Shown: positions 20,743 through 35,700 of the stretch, piece after piece
How the letters are laid out: every line of letters starts with the position of its first letter
Numbering within the stretch: the first letter of the stretch is position 1
Translations under genes and position numbers: made by a program
The notes under the pieces: generated by a model
The model's database searches: none
Told to the model about the DNA's origin: nothing
What the model saw: only the letters and a program-made list of their open reading frames with translations
Origin: Asterias rubens
Lineage: Eukaryota
NCBI RefSeq assembly: GCF_902459465.1
Contig: NC_047080.1
Location: forward strand, 1 to 64,000
Reading direction: 5' to 3'
DNA: 64,000 nt

Positions 20743-23700
20743 ATGCCGACTGCAGACACGTAAGTAAAACACATTTTACTCAAAAAGGAACTGTAGTAAC
20801 TAGTTCTTAAGAAATTACTGCAAATTATTTGTGTGGACTCTTATCCTTTTTTGACAGATCCAAGCCGATTAGCTGGGCCGATCAAGTCGAGGCCGGTGAA
20901 CACGGTAAGTCATGCTTCAGAAAAAATACATTTCCTTTTTAAATGTGTTTAACCAGTTACGGGAAATTTTTTTATTCTGTTAGTTTCTCCTTCCTTGCCC
21001 AATTGTCGTGAAAGTATATGAGAATATTAACCAAAAGAAAAGTGGTGGCAGGATTAGGGAAACTATCATAGGACTTAAAATTACAGTGTTAACAAATAGT
21101 AAACAAAGTGCAGATTTTGGCTTAGGCCTATATTTAAAAATCCAATTTCTTGCCCCGTTCTAATGTAATTTTTAAATCCTCAATTGTGAAGCATTGCCAT
21201 TGACAATTAAAATTACATTTATTTAATTTTATGTAGAAAGCTCAATAAAATAACCTCACTAGTTTTTCGTTGGGTTCTGTAATCGTGTGTGGTTTTGGCC
21301 CGCCCACATAAAAAATTCATTATTGAAATATTAATAACAATTTTGCAAATAAGTTGTTAAAAAAAATATTAATACGGGTATCGTAGCGTCATACGTTATC
21401 GACCCTCATATGTTTTCAGTCCCCAACTTTGATTCACGTTTAACGCGAGATTGTGCAATTGGTGTTTAAAAGGCCGAAATGAATTTCCCATCGGGGATAA
21501 TAAAGTGAATTGAATTGAATTGAATTGAATTGAGAAGCTATGCAGTTTACTCACGGTCTGTATTTTCATCAAGCTTAATCATGCTGAGAATAAAGTTTCC
21601 TGTCGTTGGTTATGCTCAAGTATTTATAAAATGATTGATTTTTGGTACTAATCACTAGTGCATTATGCCAACATTCAAATGAGTCAAAGAAACATCATCC
21701 AACCTCGAAAGTTCAAAACAAAATTACTATCTGCTAGATTGAGTTTCATTCTGCTTTAGTCACTAGATGGATCACGTGAGGTGGTTACTATTTGGGATTC
21801 TATGGTGTGCAAATGTGGGGAAAATAATAAAAATATTAAAATATTTTAAGTGAAAATGACAAAAAAACTTTTTTATTTATTTACTGCATACTGTAATAAA
21901 TTCCGATAAGCGTAATAAGTATTAAGTCTACATTAAAGAGAAAATATCGTAGATTGGTTTCTTATCTCCTTAAACGGCCAAACATTACTGGTCTGAAATG
22001 GGGGAAAACGGATTGTTATGAAGTGTATGTGTTTCAAGGGGGGGGGGGTGTTTTACTTTCATGCCTTATGATATCTCTGGATTCTAATATAGTGGCCATA
22101 ATGCCTTTGGACAAAAATGTAATTAAATTTGTTAAGTAGTAATTGAATAATATTTTTTATTTATTTTGCACGTCATACTAGCTTCTGAATATTCAATAAA
22201 ATACCAACCAATGAAAGGTGTGAAAACATATGACGTTGCTCCAATGTCATGCATGCATAAGCACTGTTAATGGCGGACTGTCTCTCGCTACTTTAAACCA
22301 AAACTTTAAAAATTTCAACACACCATGAAGTGTAAGTATTATTGTTAAAAAATTGGATAGATGATTTGAAAAGAAAATATTTAGTTTTTGATTTTGAAAA
22401 GTTTTCCTGTTATCCTACTGAAAACACATTACACCAGGATCAGGCCTCGACCTCTACAGCGGCCACCAGCGGCCAGTGCCGCGATGCCCCAGCGAATTGC
22501 CGTGAAGCCCTATTAAAAATCACGTACCTTACGGCCACTTGGCCGTTGTGCCCTTTTCCATTGATTCCATAACATTATTTATTCAAAAATGTTATTTAAT
22601 GTTAACATTGTGATCCATTTAATTTATATGGAGGTAAAATTCGGAACGTACAATCCCGCACACTAGTTTTCACAATGTTTTTCTGTGCAATAAAAAATGT
22701 GTTGAGAACGTGGAATGGTAACCATATCAAACGTAGTTGAGCTGTTTACTGCTAAAAACGCAGCACCAGACTACTCCAATGTATAAACTCGCTACAAGTC
22801 CCTACACTAATTTACGCATTTTCGCACTGATTTTGTCTATTGAGATCTGTATTTGTAGCGGATGGGGCGGGGGAGGCGCGCGGCCGGGGGCTGGATACAG
22901 TCTATGTTTTTCCCCTGGCTATTTCGCTAGTGTCCAAGGCTTGTACTGGATTAATGTTTGTGACCCACCACTACCAGTGATCTGCCTGCCTTGCGACTTT
23001 GTTTTTCATTGCCAAACACATGTTTGTGTACACAAAACAAGCGTGGAATTGTAAAACGTCAAAATCGGATTAATGGAGGTAACGGCAGAGCCCTAATTTT
23101 GGAAATTATCATACTCCATCAAGTTCATTATTGATTAATCAGCATGCCATCCCACAAAAGATGCAAAAATAAGCAGGAAGGCGAAAGGGCTGGAGTGGCA
23201 GGAAAGTGCCAACTTTGGAAGCATTTTTTAATTAGGTGCATTTGTTTACGCATTTATAGTATTTATTTAGCGCAGTCTAGCGAGGCATAAACGCCGGCAT
23301 GCACGATACAACTGACAAGTTTAGCTAAATGCTAGGCCAATTGCTAAGGGGTTGGGGGTTCGTTTTTAATTATCATAATCATATTTATAAAAAAACAATT
23401 AAAAAAAGTTGTTGGTGGGTTGTTGGCGTGGGGTGGGTGGGGCTCGTTTGTCTCGCAGAGTTGGGGTATTGGTGAGCCAAAGACTAATTGATCTTTTTTT
23501 CTTCAGATTAGCACGCAGGGAATTAGTTTTCTTAATTTTTTTTCAGTACGGTTTTTTCAAAAATTCTTTGTTCTGGAGCAATTATTTGTTTTCAGATGAG
23601 CAGAAGGGAGTTTAATTAATGCGATGAATAAGGGGGGGGGGTAACATGGGGTAAGTTAATTACTGGGGTAATAGTTTGCAATTCGAGTGCTGCAAAAAAA

Positions 23701-26700
23701 CTGTAAATAATTCAGAAACAAATATTTTTAAACTTTTATTCAATTTCAGTTGCACAGCAACTACAGTTAATTACTTTTAAACTTGTGATGCACTTTGGTA
23801 ACTTTGATTTTGCTTGTGGAGTCGTAGTGGCCAAAGATATTGTTGATGTTGTTGTTAGCCATATTCAAAAGTTTTGAAGTTGCGTTATTTGACTATATTC
23901 TGATGTTAAACAGGCCAGCATGTTCCTGAAGGCGAGGTGATTCATGATGGAAATACCAAGAAAGTTATTGACTTCAAACGCAACGATGAGGGGAAACTGA
24001 TCAAGGTATTAACCCTCCTACTTTGTAACCATTCAACATCATCCAATTAACATCCAATCAAGAACTCGTCGCTATGCTTTTATTCACTTATATGAATGTA
24101 AAGTTCACAAATAGTTTATTTCATTTTTTGTTAAACCACAGAAGTCATTGATGCATTGCAATCATTTACTGTGCAATTTTGTTTTCAGATTGTGAGGACC
24201 TTCAAAATTGAGAAACGGAAAACATCCAAGTCCATCGCAATGAGGAAGGTATGATTGAGGAGTGTGTTGTGTCCCATAGAATCAACCTTACTATTGTTGG
24301 GCTTTTATACTTGGGCTAATCCTAGCTATACTTACACTGATTGAACTGTAGTTGGGCGGAATGGCTGCATTGAGGCAGTAATCCCTATTGAGGGTAGTGT
24401 GAATGTTACAGAGGCAAACCTGCTTAGCATCCTATCTCTTCATTTTGATATCCCTTTAGAAAGTCTGATTTACAGGCATGTGTGGGTTTTTTTCAGAATG
24501 TTTTCTGGAATTCATGATTTTCTAAATGTGAGCTTTCAAGTTTTTTTGAAAGACGTAAAGGCAGTCACCAAAGCATGAAAGAAAAATTCCACAGTGTGGC
24601 CAAAGCTGTAGTTTGTATTTCTGGTGATGCATAGAGTCCTGAATTTGTAAAGCTCCTGAATTTGTAATATCTAGTAACTTATGGGGAAAACCTTCATTAA
24701 GGAACCATTATTAGGGAATTGTCTTATTTATTGCCGAGAAGATAATTATAATAGTTATAGTGTTTTTTTTAAAGTGCTTGTTTAACACCCCTAGCGGCGT
24801 ATCAATGCACTAAATTCTGTTCCCTGAAAGGTTTGTGGAGCAACATTTTGGACTATGAGACCTATTCGTCTTGAATATGTTTAGTCTGCCAGAGTGAATA
24901 TTATTATATAGTCATCTTTACTTCTAGTTTTGTCTTCCAACAGGCACTGCCAAAGTTTGGGCTAGCCACTAATGACGGAGAGGGTCCAAGCGTAACAACC
25001 ACAAGTATAGCTGATGATGTCTTCATGGCCTTCATTTCCTCTAAGGATGTAAGTTCAAAGATAACATGTTCAAAAACAAGCATCTTAAGTCTTTCAGTGG
25101 CAAGGTCATACGTGTACAATCTTTTTATTTTATCAGACAGAGCTGCCAACTGGTACGCATTTATCATATTTCATACGGAAATCAAACGAGAATACGGATG
25201 TATGAATATGCACCAAAAAATACAGATCTTGGGGAAATACGATTCTGTCAACACGATTCCATCCACACACTCACAGACATCGTTATAAATTTTATTTTTT
25301 CACTTTGTGTATGACAATAAATGAAAGAAACATTGAATTGAGCATTAGAGTGCGTTTCATAACAGAATGCGGTACACAGATATATAACTATGGAAATCAA
25401 CGTCTGGATAGTGTGGTTTTGACGGCAACTGACTATACTCCAAACCATGAGCTAAATCTGCAAAACCTCACTAAATGTCTGTGATGCGATAGCGCAATAG
25501 TAACGCCCTCTGTTAGTGAAGTAATGCTATAGCTTACAAAACAGTTTCAAAACACTTTGACAAAAGACCACACACAGCAATATCGTAACTGGTCAACATG
25601 CACAGTCAGTCGACAGCATGATCAACCTTTAGCCACTGAGCAGATTTCCGTGGGAATTTAAGCGTGTTTACGACAAACTTCATACGGTGCAAGCTTCATT
25701 TTACAAAAATTATCATATTAGGATTTCTGGATGAACAAAAAAAAGGATTTTGTTGTATAATTTAAGATTCTTCCTACTTGATTTTGTTTGCTTGTATTTT
25801 TTGTGCAGCGTGAATCCATTTTTAACGGGAATTCAGTGGGAGGTTTTGCCCTTACTTTTTGCCCCCCCCCCCCACGAAAAAACAAATAAAATAAAAAACA
25901 TTGGTCTCACATGTTTTCCTTACCTTTTTTTAAATGTGTTAGTATTTTTCCCCTGTGTAATTGTGGTCTCCCTATTTTATACATGTAGTTGATCAGCCCA
26001 TGAGCTTGTTGGCAAGTTTGTTCTATTATGTGTAGTGCTATTGTGTGTGTGTAGTAGCTGCTAGTTTTACCCCTCTCTGTGAGTTTGTGTATATTCTATT
26101 GTTTCTTTTTAAAATTGGGTATCTATTGTTGTAGGATCTGAAAGCCGTGGTAGCTTAGTTATAAAACATAAATAATAGAACCTTCTGTCTCTGTGCTTTT
26201 TCCTTTAGTCAATATTGTATTGTTAGTTAGATAGTGGTAGTTCAGTCGCTGGAGTGTGAACTCAAATTAGAGTACATGTGGGAAGTAACAAATTTGACTG
26301 TGAGACAGATAGCTGGAGATATTCTAGAGCGGAACACGTGAGTTTGAGAGTTGGCCGGAGTTAAAACCTCTGTATAGGCAGCCTTTCAGAAGTAAAATAT
26401 CCAGTGCCGCTTGGTATTTTCAGCCTCCCTCTATTTAGTTGTGCTGTAATTCTGTTATACAATCATTTTAATGTACTCAAAAAGTTTCACATATCATATT
26501 GGATGACCCATGATATACATGTTGTCACAAGAGGGCATTATCACTCAGTAAATACTATTGACTTTGGGATGAACCAATGCAACAACACAAAACAGCAAGA
26601 TTCATTTTGTTGCACTTTTGTCATGTATACGTGTGTTGTATATGATATATGTGTTTTTTTATACTTGATTTCAAAAAGCTGTGCATTTTAGGTTCAAAAT

Positions 26701-29700
26701 GCAAAATATTTAAGCGGGCACTAAAAGAGTAAAAAAAGGGCTCTTAAAACTTGAGCATCCTGAAAAGAAACTTTCTATTAAATTTATGTTTTTTCTGAAT
26801 GAAAGGATATGGGTACCACGCAGGACGACGATGCCCTGAAGAAGCTCCAGAGCCAACGTCTGGTGATGTGCCGTGTCTGCAAGGGAGACCATTGGACCAC
26901 CAAGTGTCCCTACAAAGACTCATTGGAACCCCTCCAAGAGAAGCTGCTCCAAGGGGGAGCGGAGGCGGGGGCAGAGACGCCCGAAGATAGTAAGGGTGTT
27001 TTACAATTTAATCCATATTTGTCTACTACAAAAAGGGCTGTATGTGCCAAAGCGCCTGCACATTCACTTATTGTTTATTAACACATCTGGAAACATTTAT
27101 CCAATAAAATAATGTAATCACTGACAGAAACACTTTGTATCATACCGTTGAAAAGAGGACAACATTCTCTCTATTATGAAGTCGAACTCGGTCAAACTCA
27201 AAGTCAGTGCTCTTATCCACTCAGCCACATTGATTGGTTGATTGATTGAAAGTTTCCTTGTTTGATTGAATGATTAATTGATTTATTACGCTACTACACA
27301 GGTGCAGAGGCTGCCAAAGCACCAGCCGGTGGTGGTGGTGGTGGTGGTGGGTCAGGCAAGTACATCCCTCCGAGTGCCAGAGATACATCAGGACAACGAA
27401 GAGTTGCCCCTATGGATTCCAAGAGAGGTATGTACTTTTAACCCACAATCTTAACCCCAATCGATCTTATTTAGTATCAATCTTAATTGTTGAGCACTAT
27501 GGTGATACTGACTCATCTTAAAGACAAATCTGTGTGCTTTGCTAAAATGGGCCCAGAAATCCTATTCTTTGATTTGCTTCTCTGTTGTTGAAGATGCTGA
27601 CCTAAGAACCTTGTTGAAATCAGTCACTCCAGGGGTGACCAAGAGATGGAAATGCCATCATTTAATATCTCCTACAATTTGATCCTACTTTTGGAAATTT
27701 TTTGATATTTTCTACTCTGCCTCGGTATGGATTTTTAGAATTCAAGAGACTTTTCAGTCCTTAAACAAACTGTCCCGCTTATTAACCACTACCTGGGTGG
27801 AGAATAGGATATCAGCCAGGACTACTACTTTCTCTCAGTGGATCAATGGAACTTGTCATTATTAATTTCACTGCCACGGAGCAAGTTTTTAATTGGTCTC
27901 AAAGCTTCGACTAGCTTGCTCTAGTCATTTTCAGGAGACTGTTTTGTTACATGATATGATTGTGATCGACTTTGATTATAACATTGTGTCCTTTTACCAT
28001 TTGTAGATCAGGGAACGACCATCCGTGTCACCAACCTGTCGGAAGACACTCGTGAGAATGATTTGACAGATTTATTTCACTCCTTCGGTCCGATCCAACG
28101 CATCTACCTGGCCATGGATAAAGTCACTAAACGTTCAAAGGTGATTTGGTTTTCCACTGCATTAGACCGTATCTGAGTTGATGGCTATGGCTATGGCTAT
28201 TTAAAAGGCTGGATTGCCACATCATCATGCTTTGAGGTATAGGATGTCATTAGTAATACCCTTAGCAACAGTCAAAGGCATAGCCACCAATTTGGATACA
28301 GCCGAGCCAATAGTAGAACCATCATCTCGTTCTGTTTCATACAAATCAAGGCCACCAAAATAAAGACTGCTGGTGCCAATATTACAAAGAGTTCAAGAAA
28401 ATGTTATTCCCAGGGGTGTACATACCAAAACTTGTGGAAGATTATAATAAGAACAGTCCTGTGGTGCGCTGATTTTCAAGCAATGATGTACACGACTATT
28501 AAACCTGACATAGTTAAATGTAAACTACAGCATGGCGTCCGTATTGACAGCTCCATTTGTTTGTACTTGGTTTCAAAAGATGTGTTGCTGTATTTTTTAA
28601 GATGGACTATGTGCATATGGGACGTGAACAAAATATGGCCAAATTGGTTATCCGTTTTCGTTCCCACTTGATTACAGGGTTTTGCATTCATCAATTTCCA
28701 CAACAAGGAGAGTGCGGCCAACGCAATCCTAGGAGTGTCTGGTTTTGGATATGATCATCTCATTCTAAAGGTGGAATGGGCCAAGTAAGTACAAAAAAAT
28801 AACCTTCATTTGGAAAATGATCTGATTTATAGTTTTCAGGCATCTGAGCGGGTCATGGGGAAAAAACGCGTAAATTATTTTTTCGTGTCCGGATTTGGGG
28901 CCAGCCCTACGAGTCTGAATAACAGGCTTTGTACTGCGGCATAGACAAAACATTAACAGAAACATAGGCCACAATCGTACCTGGTAATAATGTGCTGTTA
29001 GTCATCATTTGTAAGATGTTTTTTGTGACAAGCCCCCCATGCGTCCTCGACTACCATTATTTAGTTTCCAACTTGTCGACGTGAAAGACAGTGTGCGCCT
29101 AGTCTTGGCTCAAGGTGTTGGCTTTTTAATACAGTTTTTAGTAAAGCGCCCTCTCTTGGTAAAACGGGACAAGGACATGGGCAAAAGTATCCATCATTCT
29201 TAACGAAAAACGAACAACGGCTTTAGTCAAAGACTATCGCGAAGATGACAGGTGCTCTGTGTGAGTGCTGTGCAGTAAAATTACTTGCTGCTTGAAGACA
29301 AAAAATGAAAGAACGCGGACCGGCCAATCGTGGCAGAGTCGGGGAAAAACGCCCCGCAAGAAAAACACGGAATGGGAATATTAAAGACTCGAATTTCCGC
29401 GTAAATGCGGAAGTCTCACATGCCTGTTTATTCTGAACCCCAGTGGACATATTGCATTCGCCTCATCATGCCTCCATCCTAGAGGTAAAATGGTGATGGA
29501 ACAATTAATTGTTTTGACGGAAATGACCACTGGTAACCACATTGTTTGCCCACCCTATGCCGAACAATGGAAAACCGCAATTTGAAAAATAAAATAAAAA
29601 TTAGCCACCGAGTAACGCCTCTTTGCTGTCATGCACAGATGTCACCATGGTGATGATAACTCAAACCAGATGGAAAGGGACCGATACTCAGCTAGCTTCA

Positions 29701-29997
29701 GATAATTATTTTCAGCATTTTTCTACTGAAGAGTTGCATGTCTAATATTTTTTGGTACATCAACATTTTTGATATCAAAATATTGAAATTTTCAATTTTC
29801 GGAAATGTTACAAAAAGGGACATCTGTGATATAGTATTTGAGTATTTTGATATATATGGACGGAGGTTAGCACTCTAACTTGCTCCATGTTGCATGCACT
29901 ACCTATGTGAGATTCAACACCAATTGAACCCTGAATAAGAATTTTTGGTTTTGCATTTTTTATCTTCTTCAGACCTTCAGGAACAACACAGCACTAA
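20743..29997 (+). CDS. EIF3G: Eukaryotic translation initiation factor 3 subunit G (298 aa, 10 coding exons)
   Basis: Exons 20743-20759, 20858-20904, 23914-24005, 24189-24248, 24944-25048, 26806-26989, 27302-27427, 28007-28140, 28678-28784, 29973-29997. All GT-AG, phases consistent, total 897 nt. Motifs SWADQVE, IVRTFKIE, zinc knuckle CRVCKGDHWTTKCPYKD, GKYIPPS, and RRM TIRVTNLSEDTRE...KGFAFINF...GFGYDHLILKVEWAKPS. Confidence 0.97.
27178..27230 (-). mobile_element. tRNA-like SINE head fragment in eIF3g intron 6
   Basis: Minus strand GTGGCTGAGTGGATAAGAGCACTGACTTTGAGTTTGACCGAGTTCGACT has A-box-like and B-box-like motifs but no complete cloverleaf. Confidence 0.45.
28169..28299. mobile_element. 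Short MITE in eIF3g intron 8
   Basis: GTATCTGAGTTGATGGCTATG at 28169 versus CATAGCCACCAATTTGGATAC ending at 28299 (imperfect TIRs). Confidence 0.55.
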
Positions 29998-32758
29998 CTA
30001 GAAATGTGAGCTGTCTTTCGTCAAATGGTGTCAACGTTGGATTCTCAAAGATGGACACCAACATTAAAATGATTGTAAATTCAACCCTTCTTATTAAGGT
30101 GCCATCTTATCGCACTTTCAACTGAACAATTTGTTGCATCCAATTTCTACAGAGTAGCCAAGAATGTATGTTCCTTTCAGGCAGAAATAATTATTTATGC
30201 AGCTATTACAAGAGTGGGTTGAAGTTAAAGACATATGCAATGAATTGTTCAGGAAAAAGTTATTTCGTTAACACACTTTTAAAGTTCAATAATGCACTGT
30301 GACAAACAGTAATTGTATATTGTTTTAAGAAAAGAGACATTTTTTTTCTTTCTTTTTGAAACTTTAAGGAGGCAATAAACTCATACACCAAATTAATTTG
30401 GAGAAAGTGCAAGATTGCATTCACCTTAAATACATAACATTGCACATTGCCACATAACTTACAGCTTTTTATGTCAATATGAAGACGACCATTCCTTTGT
30501 TTTGTGTCTTAGATGGTCCCCTTATCCTTGAATACGTAAGCAAAAGGCTCCATGTGATAGTTCAACATAATATTGTACAAAAAGTACATTTGTCTAGCCT
30601 GGTTCATTATTTACATCATTAAATACTTCTTTAACTTCGTTAATGAAAGGGAATATGTTTTCTGTTTGTGTGGTTGCACTCATTTTCTTTTAGAACCCCC
30701 TGAAGTATAAACACTAAAAAAGTTAAGTGTGATCGGCCATTTTTTTCTTAATTTTTTTGGCAATTAGAAAGTTGAATGTCTGTTATTAGTTTGTCAAAAC
30801 ATTAAAAGGCCAAGTTCATTAGGCAGAATCGAGTTTTGTGGTAGTTTACTAATTCTCAGTCAGTGTTTAAGTTAATGTGTACAATAAACCAGTTCACTTA
30901 AACCCACTAACAAAAAAGATTGTTGACTCGTAGTTAGTTTATTTAGCAAAATTTATTTGTTATAGTCTTGAAACAGCAAACAACAACATTTTAAAGATAC
31001 TTAAAAATAGCAATACTTGTGCAGTTTTATGTAGAGCATTATGACACCCTACAAGCACCTCAACGCACTCACTCATTTTACAACATTTATGCAGAGCTAG
31101 GTTTGAATTGTAGCACCTTGTCTGGGTCTACAAGATTATGTGTAGTCTCGGTGCAAGACATTCAAGCCCCAAACTCTCAACACTACACAAGATGTTGCAA
31201 ATATTCCACCAATAGAGGGCATTTCTTATGGATGAGATTCCTCCGTTTTAACACAGAAGTCCTTTTTTGCTGTAAAATAAAGAAATTCTGTTTTCTGGTA
31301 CCTCGAAATCAAGCATCTGAATAGTGTCTATTGTCTTTAAGGCCATTACAAAATCATCTGCATAATGTATAAAAAGTGTTTAAAAAAATATTTAATTTAG
31401 CTTTACAAAGTTTAACTTGCAATAAATTATTTTCAATCTGTCAAAAAATAGATTTCCAAAATATATACATGTACATACATTAAGTTAAATACCAAATCTT
31501 TGACTACACTACATTTCAGTTTTGGGTTAGCAAAGTTGTCTGCTTAACTAAGCAGAACAATTTGCTTGTAAAGTGCAACAAGTTTCACAAGTTAGCAAGA
31601 AAATGAGGGGGCCAGCTTGTGCAATCACTTTTGTTTGTTATACATAACCTCTCTAATTGCAAGAAGCAAATGTTGGCTGCTCTGCAAGTACTATGCATCT
31701 CAGAATGCCCTAGATAAACTATGTTTTTGAAATTACTATAAGTAGATCAGTCTTCTGGCTGCATCTTCATTACCAAAGTGGCTTTAGCTATGGTTTTGGC
31801 TAGATCGCTGCAAAGGTCTATTCTTTATCTGCATCTGAAGCTGTCAGCCATAAGCTGTAGGCAAAGGGGTTCATTCAGACATATCCATATTCACTGCACT
31901 ACTTAAGTACAAAATAACTTGTGCATGACAATCACAAACAACATTAAGGGATAAAACAAAGCATTGTCCTAAAAAATACATTTAAATTGCCACTTCACAA
32001 CCCTATACCAGCAAATGATTTCTAAAGCCCTTCACAATAAGTCACCATGTTTTAAGTTTTTGCTAAACTAGTACCCATATTTAATACACCTCTCAGGGTA
32101 AACATATATATACAGCAACAACAAATTGAAAACTAATGCTGATCAACAGCTAGTACAAAGTGTGAAGAATTATTTATAAATGCATAGTAGTATTTTGTAA
32201 GCTTAGCAAACTAACTGGAAAGGTTGACCTACCCTAATGGCTCAGTGGTCTAGTGGACATCTGCTCTAGCAATGCAAAGGTTGTGGGTTCAAAATCCCAT
32301 CCAAGTGATTTGCCTGCATAACTCAAGAAAGTACCAAGTGCTTAATACACTGTAAGGGTAAAAAGAAATTATACAGATTTTGTTGTATAATAATAATGTT
32401 TTGAATTTCCATTGTGCCATTTCAAGGCTAAACCAATGCTAGAAACACAAGAGTAAGCCACATCTCTCTCAGGGTAAGTGTTCATATTGTTCCTTTTTCA
32501 TTTAGGGTTGAACAATGTCAAATGTCAAGGTCTTTAATGCAAAAGAAATGTCTGTGCAACAACACGAGAAGCGTTTTTTTTTCTTCATATTTCAACCATG
32601 CATACTGGATTGGTTTTGGGATCCCCAAAGGCCTTTTTTGTTTTTGGACCACCTAGTTCAAATGTCGAGAAACAGACCAGCTTGTGGTGGTGATTACCAA
32701 TCACAAACTCTCTTTGTTATTTACCATGATTTGAAACGGGGCAGAATTAGCTTATACA

Positions 32759-35700
32759 CTATGGAATAAGTTCAATTTCGTCATGGTCATTTAAGACACA
32801 ACCATCATCATTAATTCCGTCCGCTCCTATAACTCTATTAACATTTAGATGAGTCTCCACAGCACGCTTCAGCGGTTTCCAGAACCTCTCTGTCTGGCCC
32901 TGCGCCCCGTCCCCGCCCAGCCAGGGCACGTACGACACCGTCTGAAGAAGATGTTGCATGCTGTCACACAGCTCCAAGTGTTGGATGTCTTGATACATGA
33001 GAGGGATGATGTCAGTCTGGTCCCGCAGCATCTCATCCATGGCGCACAGAAACTCATAATAGCACCATTCACTTTCCATGAAGTCTGGGGACAAGACAAG
33101 GATGGTCTTGCGACTGGTGGAGACGGCAGTTTGGATGTTGTCAGTAATTTCTGAAAGCCACAGCACATGATCAGGTAAGTGATATAAAATGAGGATTTGA
33201 AGTGGTGAGGGAACCACATCAGAATTCAATTGCATTTCAAAAAACTATTCCAGAAATTCTAGGAAAATACTCCTGTCATGGTGGACGAGGAAAAAATAGG
33301 AATGACTGGCTTCAACTTGTATGGGTGATTAGGGTAATGGAGTAAGGAGGATTTGGGGCGACAATTTACCTGCACCAGGCTTGAAATTCTTGTAGTGGAT
33401 GCACACGTCACATCCCCACTCTTCCAACTTTGGAATCAGAGACAGGCGGATGAAGTCCTCCTCTTCCCCTCCGCCCTTGTAAGCTACGAAGATGTCATGT
33501 AATTTGTCACCAGCTGAGAAAAGAAAGAACCATTTATAATTAATGTGCCAAGGCTAGGCAGACAAGCACACTGGAGTCTTGCCCTGGACTCCTGCCCTGG
33601 TGTTTCCGAGTGTGGATTCATGTCAATATACTAACCACTATTAATATAACCCTGTTCATTTCAATAATAAGTTAATTCAAAGACTCTTCAGGAGTATGCA
33701 GCCCCTGTAGCTAAAATGGGGGTTTATGTGTCACTTTATGATCTGTCGCTCTTCTTCTATCGCTCATTTCCAGCTTTCCCTGGGACACCTCATTATGACA
33801 CACTATGGTGATCGTGCTTTTTGGGGCATAGCACCAACACTTAGGAGCAAGCTACCACCCTTATTCAAGCAGAACGTACTTTAGACACTTTTATATCATT
33901 ACTTATAACAAATCTGTTTTGTCAAGCTAAATAGTATGGTTTTAGTGCTTAGAATCGTACGTATTAAGTGCCGTATAAATGTTGTTACTTTTATTATAAC
34001 AGCTTACCCAGCTTATGACGGTTGAAGAAAAGCTTATTTATCTTGGTTCGATGTCTGAATATAATGATGAGAATGACGACTATCAGAATAATGACTGCCG
34101 CTAGGGCCACGACCATCACTGTGTAATGAAGTATAACTGTATTTGGGTTTGATCCTCCTGCAAACGGGCACAGAATTATTACTATTATAACTTTTGTATG
34201 AGATATCACCTGATATCACAAAGCTGGACGGCCACTTCAAGGTGAGGGCAACTCAATCCAAAGCTGTTGACCCTAATCAACTGCCACACCAGGGGCACGT
34301 TGCCACCTACTCATGGGATTGAAACAGGGTTTATACCCTGTTCAGGCTGTAAGTACGTAGGCATGGGTATCATCCACTTGATCCTGGGTGGTATAGCAGA
34401 TGATGATAAGTGGTTCAAAGTTGCTTTCTGCTTTACCAACCAGGCTAATAATTTGGGATGTGACATTGCAAATGACAACAAGCCAATCTTATATCCCCAT
34501 CAGGAGAAAAGAGTTCCCTGTGCCATATGCTCACAAACAGAAGTGAGTTCTACCTCAGTTAATCTCGAACAGGGTAGAATGTATCCCAAATAGGGTAGAG
34601 TGTATCCCGAACAGGGTAGAGTGTATCCCGAAAAGGGTACTTACCAAAGACTCTGATGACAGCCCTGTCACTGTTAACCCCAATATCATTTGAAACCATG
34701 CAGGTGAGAGACGCCTTGTTGTGATGGGGCTTTAGATCATGTATTCGAACTGAGCTGTGGAGAGGGCATTTCAAAAGAATTGAATTCATAGTCATAATGA
34801 TAACTAGTGTACATTTATAATAAATATTGAATTGCTACAGTTCAGAGCTTGTGTAAAATCCGCAAGAGCACAGGGCTTGTAGCTCAAACTATTTTCTTGA
34901 CCATCATTCTTTTTTAAGACCAGAATAAAAAGTGAGAATAAAAACCGAGAATAAAAACCTTCACAGTTTCATGCAAACTGTTTTTCATTTGAAGAAACAT
35001 TTGGAGAATATTTCTTTCACTTGTACTAAGTGAGTCAATATTAAACAGATATTACACAGCGAGGTGTTAACATTAAAAAAAACACAAGAGAACTTGACTT
35101 GTCCAGCCATGAGTTTACTTGGATTGGCCCAATGCTAAAATCACCGGCCTCGGGCTTGTGTTCCAATGTTTTTATTTCAAACCTTGCAGTTAAGAGATCT
35201 GCTTACCATAAAAAGTTAACAGTTAAAAGACCACATCATGTTTCCCATTCGGTGACTGGTTTCCTGCTTAAGAACTCTTTCAGCAGTATTCTCACTTTAC
35301 TAGAATAGATTTTGTGAAATGTCATGCCACTTTTAAAAAAAAAATTAATTCATTTAATTTATTAACGTTGGTTGTGAAGCCAAGGGCTCTCAGAAAAGTG
35401 AATTTAATTACTGTACTAGTCAAAAACCCAATGGAAAGGAGACACGGAAGGAAGTTTATCCAGTTTTAGATGTGGGAGAAAACCCACACATCAGTCGGGC
35501 AGGGGGAAACCCCAAGGTAAGAGGCAAGGAAAGGATCCACTACGCCAGCCTGGCTGCCAAAATATAGTTTGAATATATCTTCTTTAGAACCACCTTCTTT
35601 AGAACCACCCCAACTCATTGAGAGATTGTTATTACATGGTGTTACCGCAAACTTTTCTATATATCTTCTTTAGAAGAAGAAAACAAATTTGTCTGCAAGG

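Noticed and set aside
28455-28510. D'/C'/D-like boxes in eIF3g intron 8
   Set aside because: No upstream C box and no guide match that I could recognise.
29650-29729. Possible C/D box snoRNA (GTGATGA...CTGA) in eIF3g intron 9
   Set aside because: No terminal stem and no recognisable rRNA-complementary guide; the C-box overlaps the palindrome TCACCATGGTGA. A snoscan run would be decisive.
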